Of a DNA stretch of 64,000 nt, positions 26,685-36,071 are shown in pieces. Source of the DNA: an uncultured Alphaproteobacteria bacterium (lineage in GTDB: Bacteria > Pseudomonadota > Alphaproteobacteria > Acetobacterales > Acetobacteraceae); assembly GCA_963819855.1 (NCBI GenBank), contig CAWFYC010000033.1:8326-72325 (forward strand). The letters are read 5' to 3'. The notes below the pieces were generated by a model. That model was not told where the DNA came from. It saw only the letters and a list, made by a program, of their open reading frames with translations, and ran no database searches. Numbering within the stretch: the first letter of the stretch is position 1; each line of letters opens with the position of its first letter. Position numbers and translations under genes: made by a program.

Positions 26685-28462
26685 CCGGCCAGCCCAAGCG
26701 CGGTAAGTGCAGCGACGTTGATGCCCAGCGGGGTAAGTTGCGCCAGGTGCGGATTGAGCTGCGCCTTGGACCCGGTCTGCATGTTGGTGATCTGCTGGCG
26801 CGCCGCGGTGAGCTGATTGTTCGCCGTGGTGAGCTGACCGGTCACGGCGGTGAGCTGCGCGTTGGCGGCGGACAGCTGCTGGGTGGCATTCTGGTTCACT
26901 CGAGTCCAGTCGGCGATGATCGCGTCCGTCCTGGTCGGATCGGCGATGCCGCTCCCGGAGGCAACCCCGGCGGCGGTCAGTTGCGTCGCCACCTTCGCCA
27001 GCACGCCTTGCAACGCGGCCACCTGCGTCTGCGCTGCCTGTCGCTGCGTGTCCGCGGTGGCGGCGCGCGCATTGGCCGCGGCCAGCGCATCCTGTGCATC
27101 CTTCACCTGCTGGCGAAGCTGTACCAGCGCCGGATCATCCGGCGGCAGCCCGCTCGGCGGCTCGGTGAACCCGGCGGCCAGGCGCGCGACGGAGAGCCCG
27201 CCGATGCTGACATCGGGCTGCCGCAGCAGATAGCGCAGCGGCGCCTGCACCTGCGGCCACGCCCGCGTCCACGCATCGGCAGTAGTCGGCCGTGCGGGCG
27301 GTGGCAGCCGTCCCGGCAGGCGCAGGATCAGCGGATCGATCCGTGACAGTGCGATGGTCGGATAGGGCTGGAATGCGGCCGGTGCCGGTTGCGTGGGGGA
27401 GCCCTCCAATGCCCGCATCAGCAGGCCGAAATCGGCGGGCGCCAGCGGTGCCAGCACGATGACCTGCGCCGGCGCGCCTGACGCGAGGTCGATCGGCGGC
27501 AGCTTCATCGCCTCGCTGGTCAGCACGTTCAGCTCATCGGCGCGCACCGGCGCGATTGCCACCTCGATCTGCTCGGGGAAGAAGCTCTGTGCCCCATTGG
27601 CCGGATCGATCGCCGGCTTGGGCAGCGGACCCGCCGGTGGCAGCAGCGACAGGTAGTCCGTCGCGCGGAACGACGCACCGGGCGCCGCGGTGAGATCGGC
27701 GAACAGGGCGGCATAAGACCGCGCCAGGTCCTGCTGCACCAGGTTGTCGGCATCGAGCGGACGCAGCCCGTGCGTCACCAGCGACGCATCGAACCATACC
27801 GGAGTGCCGCGCCGCATTGCCACGACGCCGAGTGCCACGCAATCCGGCGGCAGCGACCGATCGATGCCGTTGCCGGCGAAACTGCGCGCCAGCGCGGCGC
27901 GTGCCTGGAATGTGTTGCCCGCCGGCAACGGCTGGCGCAGCGGCACCAGCGCGATCTCGACGAAGTCGGTAATGGTGTCGAAGCTGGTGGTGCGTCGGCT
28001 GGCCAGATCGCGCGGGAACACATCCGCCGCGCCGGTGCCGGTCTCGGTCAGCATCAGCACCACCGCATACAGCGCGTCACGAAACCCGACGAACGCGGTG
28101 TTGCGCGCCATCACCGCGCCCATGTCGGAGAGGTCGACCTGGAGCGGCTGGCCCGCCGCGCGGTTCAGCGTCAGCACGCGCCCGGACGGGGCGATGGCGC
28201 GTCCGCCGGCCACGTTCAGCACAGTGCCGGTCAGCGTGGCCTGAAGGCCGGAAATGATCCCGTCGCCCGCGGCGAGGCCGAGATCGAGCAACCGCCGATC
28301 GAGATAGGCGTAGTCGCGATCCAGGTCCTCGGCGGTCAGCAGACGGCCATCGAAGTAGTTGGTGCGGCTGAGCAGCGGTTCGCCATGCAGCACGCGCAGC
28401 ATCGTGTCGTCGACACCGGCCGCCGTGCTGATGGGGAGAGGACGGAATGTGTCGCTTGGCAT
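26681..28462 (-). CDS. Hypothetical eCIS protein (593 aa) with C-terminal coiled coil, paralog 2 of fibre-like triplet
   Basis: The N-terminal motif is YFDGRLLTAEDLDRDYAYLDRRLLDLGLAAGDGIISGL...LNVAGGRAIAPSGRVL. The C-terminus carries a Q/A/T heptad-like run (QQLSAANAQLTAVTGQLTTANNQLTAARQQITNMQ). Confidence 0.6.
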   Translation of the reverse strand: MPSDTFRPLPISTAAGVDDTMLRVLHGEPLLSRTNYFDGRLLTAEDLDRDYAYLDRRLLDLGLAAGDGIISGLQATLTGTVLNVAGGRAIAPSGRVLTLNRAAGQPLQVDLSDMGAVMARNTAFVGFRDALYAVVLMLTETGTGAADVFPRDLASRRTTSFDTITDFVEIALVPLRQPLPAGNTFQARAALARSFAGNGIDRSLPPDCVALGVVAMRRGTPVWFDASLVTHGLRPLDADNLVQQDLARSYAALFADLTAAPGASFRATDYLSLLPPAGPLPKPAIDPANGAQSFFPEQIEVAIAPVRADELNVLTSEAMKLPPIDLASGAPAQVIVLAPLAPADFGLLMRALEGSPTQPAPAAFQPYPTIALSRIDPLILRLPGRLPPPARPTTADAWTRAWPQVQAPLRYLLRQPDVSIGGLSVARLAAGFTEPPSGLPPDDPALVQLRQQVKDAQDALAAANARAATADTQRQAAQTQVAALQGVLAKVATQLTAAGVASGSGIADPTRTDAIIADWTRVNQNATQQLSAANAQLTAVTGQLTTANNQLTAARQQITNMQTGSKAQLNPHLAQLTPLGINVAALTALGLAG

Positions 28463-28488
28463 GGCAGCCTCCAGGAGGCGATCGGAGT

Positions 28489-29409
28489 TCAGGACGCGGC
28501 GATCGCCGACAGCAGCGCGTTCGGCCGCACGAACGGCCGGACCAGGTTGTTCAACGTCACATCGGTCACCGCCGGCGGCCTGGTCACATCGGTGGTCGCC
28601 ACGTGCACGCTGGCGAGCGCGACGCGGGCCGCATTGTCGAGCACGTCCGCCAGTCCGGGCACGTCGGGCCAGGCGGGCAGGGCGCGGTGCATCAGCCAGG
28701 CGTGCAGCGCCATCACGCTGCGCGTCGGTACATCGGCGATGCCGGCAAGGAACTGGGTCTCGCGCGGCGACAGCGGACCCGGGACGTCGGCAGCGGCGGG
28801 CGCACGGCGATCCTGTGTCCAGGCGCCGAACGGTCCGGCCACGGCGTCGGGTGCCTTGGTCGCGTCGGCGCGCAGTTCGAGCAGGAAGCTGTCGCCGACC
28901 CGGCTCGCCACCACCGGATCGATGCCCGAGTCGAACACCGGCGCCGCGGTCGGTGTCAGCCCGGTCGCCAGCGCCTGGCCGCGCACCGTCACGGTGAGGA
29001 ACAGCGTGCCGCTCGCAAGCGCCGATGCAAGCCCGGCAGGATTGTCGCGGTTGCGCGCCGCAAGCCAGTCGATCAGCGAAATCGAATAGGTTTCCGGCAC
29101 CAGGATCTCGCGGCCCAGGCCGTCGATCGCATAGCCCTGGGCGACCGTCAGCGTGATGTCGGTGGTTCCGCCCGAACGCGGCGCGGAGGCGATGCCCACC
29201 GCAAGGCCGAACACCGTGCCGGAGCCGGCCAGAAAGCGCTGATGCCGGTTGAGCCGCCGCCGGTGATACGCCTGCTCGGCATCCAGCGTCTCGGCGCCGA
29301 CCATGACGCCGGCCTGGAAGCTCACGCGCTCCAGCATGGAGAAGAAGTCGGCATCCCGCTTCACGTCCTGGCTGTCCAGATCGGCGGATTGGGTGACGGT
29401 GTCCGACAT
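28489..29409 (-). CDS. Hypothetical eCIS protein (306 aa), paralog 1 of fibre-like triplet
   Basis: The N-terminal motif is FQAGVMVGAETLDAEQAYHRRRLNRHQRFLAGSGTVFGL...LTVAQGYAIDGLGREIL. The start was chosen at the MSDTV ATG (29409), downstream of the preceding stop. Confidence 0.55.
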   Translation of the reverse strand: MSDTVTQSADLDSQDVKRDADFFSMLERVSFQAGVMVGAETLDAEQAYHRRRLNRHQRFLAGSGTVFGLAVGIASAPRSGGTTDITLTVAQGYAIDGLGREILVPETYSISLIDWLAARNRDNPAGLASALASGTLFLTVTVRGQALATGLTPTAAPVFDSGIDPVVASRVGDSFLLELRADATKAPDAVAGPFGAWTQDRRAPAAADVPGPLSPRETQFLAGIADVPTRSVMALHAWLMHRALPAWPDVPGLADVLDNAARVALASVHVATTDVTRPPAVTDVTLNNLVRPFVRPNALLSAIAAS

Positions 29410-29422
29410 GGCGTTCTCGCGT

Positions 29423-31912
29423 TTAGGGAGGAGCGATGTCACGGCCAGGATCCGCCGGCAGCAGCGTTCCCGGGTCGTGGATCACCGCATCGCGGCCGAT
29501 GCGGCTCTGGTTCAGTGTCACCGGGCTCGCCGGCGGTGGCGGATCGAGGAAGCTGTCGATGCCCAGCAGCGGAGACAGGCCGAGCACGAAACTGTGGTCG
29601 CTGTCGTAGGTGTCCCAGTGCAGATGCGCCGGCATCTCTGCCGCAAGCACGTTCTCCACCACTGGGCGCTGCTGGCGCGCCGCGCCGTGCAGCAGGATGG
29701 TCACGCGGTTGGCGTACTGGTCGAAGAAGCGCTGCACCGCCGCGGCTTCGTTGCGTCGCGCCAGCTCGGGGGCGAACAGCGCCAGAAATGCGCGGCCGGT
29801 CGCCGTGCTCAGCACCAGCGTGTCGCCGATCACGCTGTTGCCGCTGGCGCGGGCGTCCAGCGTCATCGGGTTGTCGTCATCCATCTCGATGCCGAGGATG
29901 GTCGCCATGGTTCGGCGCAGCCGGAAGTTCTCCACCACGACGATCTCGCCACGCCGCACCGCGCCGTCGGTGGCGACATCGAGTGCGAGGCAGACGCCGC
30001 GATAGGTACCGCGCCACTGCAACAGGGTGCCGGCGGTGGCGATGCTGCGACGCTGGCGCGCCTCCGGCCAGGAAGCATCGATCGATCGTCCGAGGAAACT
30101 GGCGAGCCAGGGCAGTGCGTTGACCGGCGCGGCCATCGGATCGAGCAGCAGTTCCGCCGCCGCCGCACGGCCCTCGATCGCGGTGAGCATGCCTTCGAGG
30201 TTCGCCAGCATGCGCTCGCGGAAGTCCGGCGGCAGCGCGCTTGGCGACTGGTCGGTGGTTTCGTCGGCTGACTGCGTCTGCTGGAACAGTTTCGGCAGGT
30301 ACTGCTGTTGATAGGAAAACCGTGGCGCATAGGCGCGACAGGCGAACATGCGCGGCGTATGTCGGCCGTCGCCGTTGAGCACGAACACCAGATCGAGCAT
30401 CCGTCCGGCCAGTCGGCGGTTGGCGCCGAGACTTCGTTGCAAAAGCACCTCGTACAGCGCGCCGGAATCGTCGGTGAGCGCCGGCAGGCCGGGATGGAAC
30501 GGCAGCTCGGACGCGATGCCGCTGGCTGTGAGGGGTGGCTGACGGTGCAGCGGCGCAGCGTTCAGTCGCGCGACGAACGGATTTAGCTGCTGTGCGGTCA
30601 CACCCTGAATGTCATGCACCGCATCGCCGCGCAGCGCGGTGGCGTCCTGCGGTTGCGCGAGCAGGTGGCGCAGCAGCCCGGTAATCAGCAGATTGGCGGC
30701 ATCGACCGGCGTGGCGGGATCGATCAGCGGATCGCCGCCGGCGCGTGCCCAGATCGCGATCCCGGTGCCACTCGGCAAATCGGCCTCGACGTAGGCACGA
30801 TGCCACACTGTGTCCGGATCGCTCGCCATCAGTCCGGAGCGCAGTGCCGCGCCGGCCGGCACGTAGCCGGGATGCGGCAGCGCGACCAGCGGGCGCGGCC
30901 GGTCCGCGGCGATGTAATAGACGGTGCCATCGGAGGTATCGGCGAAGCGCGGCGCTCCCGCGCTGCGGCGCGGGTAGCGTTCGCCGGCCAGCGCGAACCC
31001 GGCTGGGCCGATGGTGGCGACCGCGATGTCGCGCTGTACGAAGCCGGCGTCGCCTGCTTGTGCCGGCGCCAGCAATGCGACGCGGCCCTGATCGAGGCAC
31101 GCAATGTCGGTGAACACAGGCAGGTTGGTGCCCTCGATACTTGCCGGGATGGCGATGGTGTTCGGCGTCGCAGTCGCGCGATCGAGCAGCCAGATCACCT
31201 GTGCCAGCGACTGGCCCGTCCCCTGATTCAGCAGCAGTACGACACGACCGACGTCGGCCGAGATGCCGACCACCTGGCCGGCGGGGCGCGGCACACTGGC
31301 GACCTGACGCAAGGCGTTCGGTCCCAGGGTCGCCGGCGCGAACTGGTCTGGCGTGGGCACGATCGGCGCCACCGGCGCACCGCCCTCAACCACCAGCAGA
31401 GCGGTGCGACCGGCGACGAAAATCGCGCTATCCGGTGCCACCACGACATCGGTCGCGGCCGGATCGGCGTCCACCGGCAACGGCGGATTGTCCGGATCGT
31501 CCAGTGACCAGCGCTCGCGCAGATCGAACAGGCTGAGCAGCACGCCGCCGGCATCCCCCGACAACAGCGCAAGCCGGGCGCCGCCGAGCGATAGCGCCAG
31601 GAACCGTCCCCGTCGTGGCACCAGCGGTTTCTCGCCTGCATCGGCCACGGCTTGCCAGGTGCCGGCGACTTCGGCCTCGACCGACTGCCGGTCCGCGGTT
31701 AGCCGTCCGTAACGGCCGGCGGAATCGACCACCATGGTGGCGTCGATCGGCGCCGCCGGCTGTGACGGGTCCCGCGGCGGCAGCTTCCAGCTCTGCGCCC
31801 GGCGCAGCGCCAGTGCGCGAGTGTCCGCGCACCATGCGGTATCCACCAGACTGCCGGTGAAATCGGCCGGGTCCGCGATCAGTCGGAAGCTGGTTTGGTT
31901 GACGTCGCGCAT
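29423..31912 (-). CDS. Baseplate wedge protein, P2 gpI / Afp12-like (829 aa)
   Basis: The C-terminal part (LPWLASFLGRSIDASWPEARQRRSIATAGTLLQWRGTYRGVCLALD) matches the phage tail protein I pattern. A long N-terminal extension precedes it. The internal ATG at 31912 lies just after the baseplate-J stop. Confidence 0.65.
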   Translation of the reverse strand: MRDVNQTSFRLIADPADFTGSLVDTAWCADTRALALRRAQSWKLPPRDPSQPAAPIDATMVVDSAGRYGRLTADRQSVEAEVAGTWQAVADAGEKPLVPRRGRFLALSLGGARLALLSGDAGGVLLSLFDLRERWSLDDPDNPPLPVDADPAATDVVVAPDSAIFVAGRTALLVVEGGAPVAPIVPTPDQFAPATLGPNALRQVASVPRPAGQVVGISADVGRVVLLLNQGTGQSLAQVIWLLDRATATPNTIAIPASIEGTNLPVFTDIACLDQGRVALLAPAQAGDAGFVQRDIAVATIGPAGFALAGERYPRRSAGAPRFADTSDGTVYYIAADRPRPLVALPHPGYVPAGAALRSGLMASDPDTVWHRAYVEADLPSGTGIAIWARAGGDPLIDPATPVDAANLLITGLLRHLLAQPQDATALRGDAVHDIQGVTAQQLNPFVARLNAAPLHRQPPLTASGIASELPFHPGLPALTDDSGALYEVLLQRSLGANRRLAGRMLDLVFVLNGDGRHTPRMFACRAYAPRFSYQQQYLPKLFQQTQSADETTDQSPSALPPDFRERMLANLEGMLTAIEGRAAAAELLLDPMAAPVNALPWLASFLGRSIDASWPEARQRRSIATAGTLLQWRGTYRGVCLALDVATDGAVRRGEIVVVENFRLRRTMATILGIEMDDDNPMTLDARASGNSVIGDTLVLSTATGRAFLALFAPELARRNEAAAVQRFFDQYANRVTILLHGAARQQRPVVENVLAAEMPAHLHWDTYDSDHSFVLGLSPLLGIDSFLDPPPPASPVTLNQSRIGRDAVIHDPGTLLPADPGRDIAPP

Positions 31913-31920
31913 CGGCGCCC

Positions 31921-34083
31921 TCAGCAGCGTTCGGGCACGAACGGGACGGGGTAGATCGATGGCGCCGGCGGATCGTCCCAGGGCGGCGTCGGACCGGCCG
32001 GATCGCCGGTCACGCTGGCGGCGACGGCGGCGAGATCGGGCAGGCCGTACGGCGGCAGTGTTAGCGTGTCGAGCTGGGCGATCCATCCGGCACCTGCGGC
32101 GGCATAGATCGTCACCTGATCCACCGCCAGCACGCCGGGCACCCGGCTCGCCTGGGTCGCCAGTTCGTGCGGCGCGATCGGCCGGCCGATCGGCCAGCCC
32201 TGTTGCAGTGGCCCACCCGGCTCCAGTGGCCAGAGATATGCCACCAGCGCCTGTTCGACCGCGCGCAGCGTCGCGGTCCGCGTGGCCGGGTCGAGCAGCC
32301 GCACGGCGATCGCCACCCCGACCTGCACGTAATACGGCCCAAGTACGAACACCTGGGTGCCGATCAGCGTACGCTGGCGCAGCCAGTCGAACACCGGGCG
32401 CAGCACGCCCAGCGTGGGTCGCGGCGCGCCGCCGACGCGTGGTTCGGCCGGCGGGATGACGAACACCGACAGCGCGCCCGGTACGTCGAACCGGGTGGCC
32501 GCCGGATCGGCGCCGGGCATCATGCCGGACACCACCTCGGCGCGCGCGACATTGGCGCCGGGCACATTCTCGGCGAGGAAGCGGAAATCCTCGGCGGTGA
32601 CGGCGCGGTCGCGGTTGGCCAGGTAGGCCGGAATGCGCCGTTCCGCGGCAGCCACGGTCTCGCCCTCGGTGCCGCCGGCGGTGGGCCACTCATGGCGCAC
32701 GACGATGCCGCCACCGGCCGCGAGCTGCTTGATGCTGCCGGGCGCCAGATTGCCCGCCTGACCGCCGCCATATGCGTAGCGTCGCGCATACACCGCAGCG
32801 CCGTTCGGCACCCGCGCGCCCTGCATGCCGTCGCCGAACCGAACCGTCCCGGCAGCCGGATCGAGCACATACACCTGGTCGTCGCGACCGACGGCACCGA
32901 AGTGGTCGACCGCCAGCCAGGTGCTGGGCGGTGCCGCGGTGGTACCAACCGCAGGCGGCCAGACTTCGATGACCAGACTGGTGGGATCGACCGGGGCGAC
33001 GCGCAGGGAAAAGCTCTGATCCGTCTCGCCGGTGCCGATTCCGAGCAAGGCATCGCGCCCGATCGTCTGCGCGACGACGCCAACGGCGTTAACCCCAAGC
33101 CACGCCAGCGACAGTGCCGGATCGTCGGGTGAGGTTAGCCGCAGCCAGGCAATCAGCGATTCCGGCTTCACGTCCGCCGGCAGTTCTGGCGGGCTGGCAC
33201 CGAGACCGGCGTTCATCGGATCGGTTACCACTGGCAGTGTCAGCGCCGCGGCAGAGCGCGGCAGCTGAAGCTGCACCACGCCGAGTTTGCGCCCGCCGTT
33301 CGAGGTGTCGAGCAGCACCTCCAACTGCAGCCAGCGCAGCGAACCGTCCGCCGCGGTACTTGCGAGCGACCACACCAGACGGCGCGGCGGGGGATCGGTG
33401 ACCGCCTGGTCCATCGTGTCGTCCGGTGGGGCGACGCCGATCGACAGCGTGATGCCGCCGGCAAGCGTCTGGCGCAGCGCAGTCACATCGTCGGTGAGCT
33501 TCTGCGGCTTCACCAGCGCCAGATACAGCGCCTGATCCAGCGTGTTCGACAGTGTCAACGCGCCGTCCTGCAAGGCTCGCTGCGCGACGAACGGCGTCGG
33601 CGCGTCGATGCCGTAGAGTTCACGCAGCAGCGCGAGCGTGCTTTCGCGTTTGCTCGGGTCGGGCTCCTGGAATGGCGCCTTGATCATCGGCACCACGCCC
33701 AGCCAGGTCGGCTGGAGCTCCGTCGTGTTGGTGAACTGAGCCGGCGAACCGGTCGCGGTGAGCAGCGCCTGCTGCACCAGGATCGCCGGTGGCAACGCAC
33801 TGACCGGCGGCGCGTCGAGGCAGACGACGCCGCGTGCCGGGGTGGCGGGACGCATCGGGATCGCCAGCAGGTTGAGAAAGGCGCGCCGCTGACGCAGCGG
33901 GATCAGATTCTGCCGATACAGGATGGTCTCGGCGAGCCAGGCGAACAGATCGATCAGCGCGACGCCGGGATCACCTGGGTTGATCTGGGTCCATTCCGGC
34001 GTGTGCGCCTGGATGCGGTTGCGCGCTTCCTGGAACAGGTCCTCGAAACTTCGATCGTCCAGCGAGGGGACCGGCAGCGGCAT
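31921..34083 (-). CDS. Baseplate J-like protein (gp6/gpJ, Afp11-like)
   Basis: The N-terminus (LDDRSFEDLFQEARNRIQAHTPEWTQINPGDPGVALIDLFAWLAETILYRQN) is the classic baseplate-J opening. The product is 720 aa. Confidence 0.8.
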   Translation of the reverse strand: MPLPVPSLDDRSFEDLFQEARNRIQAHTPEWTQINPGDPGVALIDLFAWLAETILYRQNLIPLRQRRAFLNLLAIPMRPATPARGVVCLDAPPVSALPPAILVQQALLTATGSPAQFTNTTELQPTWLGVVPMIKAPFQEPDPSKRESTLALLRELYGIDAPTPFVAQRALQDGALTLSNTLDQALYLALVKPQKLTDDVTALRQTLAGGITLSIGVAPPDDTMDQAVTDPPPRRLVWSLASTAADGSLRWLQLEVLLDTSNGGRKLGVVQLQLPRSAAALTLPVVTDPMNAGLGASPPELPADVKPESLIAWLRLTSPDDPALSLAWLGVNAVGVVAQTIGRDALLGIGTGETDQSFSLRVAPVDPTSLVIEVWPPAVGTTAAPPSTWLAVDHFGAVGRDDQVYVLDPAAGTVRFGDGMQGARVPNGAAVYARRYAYGGGQAGNLAPGSIKQLAAGGGIVVRHEWPTAGGTEGETVAAAERRIPAYLANRDRAVTAEDFRFLAENVPGANVARAEVVSGMMPGADPAATRFDVPGALSVFVIPPAEPRVGGAPRPTLGVLRPVFDWLRQRTLIGTQVFVLGPYYVQVGVAIAVRLLDPATRTATLRAVEQALVAYLWPLEPGGPLQQGWPIGRPIAPHELATQASRVPGVLAVDQVTIYAAAGAGWIAQLDTLTLPPYGLPDLAAVAASVTGDPAGPTPPWDDPPAPSIYPVPFVPERC

Positions 34084-34086
34084 GGA

Positions 34087-34482
34087 TCAGCCGCCCGCCA
34101 GCGTGAGCGTCAACGCAAGCTGCGATGGCGGCGCGCCGACCACGGTTCGATCGCTGTAGCCGACATCGATCAGCACCGAGCCTGCGTCCGCCGGATCGGT
34201 ATCGACCGTGACCGCGAGCAGCGTGACACGATTCTCCCAGGTGGTGACCGCACGGGTGATCGCATCGGCGATCAACTGCCGCGTGGTCTCGGTGTTGGGC
34301 TGGTTGAGGAAGTCGCGCAGCCCGGCGCCGAAGCTTGGCCGCATCAGGCGCTCGCCGGGACTGGTGAGCAGCAGGTTCCACAGCGCCTCGCGCAGGCAGT
34401 CCTCGCCGCTGCTCCAATTCAGTGCGCCACCGGCGTCGGGCGCGCCGAGCGGCCAGCCCATCGGGGGTGCGAGCGCGCTCAT
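34087..34482 (-). CDS. GPW/gp25 family baseplate wedge protein (Afp9-like)
   Basis: The product is 131 aa and carries LREALWNLLLTSPGERLMRPSFGAGLRDFL, the gp25 signature. The start overlaps the upstream stop (ATGA). Confidence 0.85.
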   Translation of the reverse strand: MSALAPPMGWPLGAPDAGGALNWSSGEDCLREALWNLLLTSPGERLMRPSFGAGLRDFLNQPNTETTRQLIADAITRAVTTWENRVTLLAVTVDTDPADAGSVLIDVGYSDRTVVGAPPSQLALTLTLAGG

Positions 34483-36071
34483 GGCGAAGGTGCCTTGAAG
34501 TTCTTCGGCACCGGCAGGCAGATCTTCACGAACGGCAGCCAGAAGAACACGATGTTCAGCAGGTTGATGATGATCGACAGGATCAGCATCGCGCAGATCG
34601 TGATGATCGGAATGCTGAACGAGCAGATCATACCGAGTTGCAGGCCATTCGGCTGGTTGCCGTCGATGGTGTCCTGTACCGACTGCCTGCCGGTGAGCGA
34701 GTTGACCAGTCCAGCGAGCTTCGGTGGCATGGCAAACGCCGCGCCGCGCGCCATGCCGCGTTGCGCGTCATCCAGTTCCGGCATCTGGATCAGTACCGGC
34801 CGCGTGGCATCCGGATCGAAAGCAGTGGCCAGCACGAACGGCGCGCTGTAGTTGCCCCAGGTAATGCGCTCGCAACCATCCGGACGGATGGTGCGTACGA
34901 ACGGGCGCACCATGAACTGGGTGTCGCCTGGCGGATATTTCGGCACCGGGAACTGGCCGACGGCACTGGTCCATGCGGCGGCGAGGCGCAATTGCAGCGC
35001 GCTGCGCAGCGCCGCGGCATCGGTCTGGCTGACCAGCAGGCTGACATTCGCGGGGGCGAAGTCGGCGGGAAGCTGCACGCCGCTGGTCGGATCGGCATTG
35101 GTAAGCACCTTGCTGAGTGCCGATGCGAAATCCGTGTCTCGCACCAATGCGCCGAGGGTCAGCGGCGTACCGTTGACCGTGAATGGGTTTTGGCTCGCCC
35201 AGGTGCGTAGATCCGGTGCGGCCAGGGGCGATGGCGGGTCGATGTGGAATGCCAGACGGTCAAGGATCGTGAAGATCGCAGCGTTGTCGGTGCTCTGTTG
35301 CGCCGACGGATCGGCGAGCTGATAGCGGTTCAGCAGCATGCGCAGCAGCGCTGCCAACGGCGAATGCGCTTCGCCCTGTGCTACCTGCTGTTCGGTGTCG
35401 ATTGTCCAGGGCGGCGGTCCGTCGGGATGATTGAGCAGGCCGAACGGCCAGGGCAGTTCCTCCGGCAGATCGTTGGGGTTGGTCGCCGTGGCGGAAGGTG
35501 CGGTGTATTCCTCGCCGCCGATCGGCAGGTAGCCGAACAGCAGGGTGTGCGGGCGATCGCCCTGCGGCTGCACGAAACTGGCATGCAGAGGATACACTTC
35601 CTCGCCGGTGTAGCCGGGCCGCGCGGGTAGCTGCGGCAGTTTCACGCCATAGCTTTGCAATTGTCGGCTGGCATCCGGATCGGCTGTCTCGTCGATGGTC
35701 TGCCAGCCGGCGGGGCGGCCGCGTACCTGACGGAACCCCTTGATGCCATCCTTCTGCCGTGACCGCACCACGAAGCCGGCGGACGCGATCTTCTCGGGAC
35801 CGAGCGCCGGGCTGCCGGGAAGCTTGCAGGCGATCTCGGCGGCGACCAGATGAAACGTGCGGTGGATCGGCCGGCGCAGCTTCAGCAGCAGGCCGGTGCT
35901 GTCGCGATCCTGCTGTTCCCAGCTCAGCAGATCGGGACTGGCGTCCAGCACGTCGTTGTTGAAGCGGTCGATGAAGTCGGCATCGAAATAGCGGTGCAAC
36001 GCCACCTCGCGGCCGGCCGCGTACCACGGCTTGCGGAACGTCACGTCGTGCTCGGCGGGGACAGCTACCAT
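34479..36071 (-). CDS. Hypothetical 530-aa eCIS protein with C-terminal hydrophobic anchor
   Basis: The gene sits between the spike and gp25 genes and is coupled at both ends. The C-terminus (GMICSFSIPIITICAMLILSIIINLLNIVFFWLPFVKICLPVP) is strongly hydrophobic and is encoded by a visibly A+T-richer stretch. I recognise no family. Confidence 0.6.
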   Translation of the reverse strand: MVAVPAEHDVTFRKPWYAAGREVALHRYFDADFIDRFNNDVLDASPDLLSWEQQDRDSTGLLLKLRRPIHRTFHLVAAEIACKLPGSPALGPEKIASAGFVVRSRQKDGIKGFRQVRGRPAGWQTIDETADPDASRQLQSYGVKLPQLPARPGYTGEEVYPLHASFVQPQGDRPHTLLFGYLPIGGEEYTAPSATATNPNDLPEELPWPFGLLNHPDGPPPWTIDTEQQVAQGEAHSPLAALLRMLLNRYQLADPSAQQSTDNAAIFTILDRLAFHIDPPSPLAAPDLRTWASQNPFTVNGTPLTLGALVRDTDFASALSKVLTNADPTSGVQLPADFAPANVSLLVSQTDAAALRSALQLRLAAAWTSAVGQFPVPKYPPGDTQFMVRPFVRTIRPDGCERITWGNYSAPFVLATAFDPDATRPVLIQMPELDDAQRGMARGAAFAMPPKLAGLVNSLTGRQSVQDTIDGNQPNGLQLGMICSFSIPIITICAMLILSIIINLLNIVFFWLPFVKICLPVPKNFKAPSP

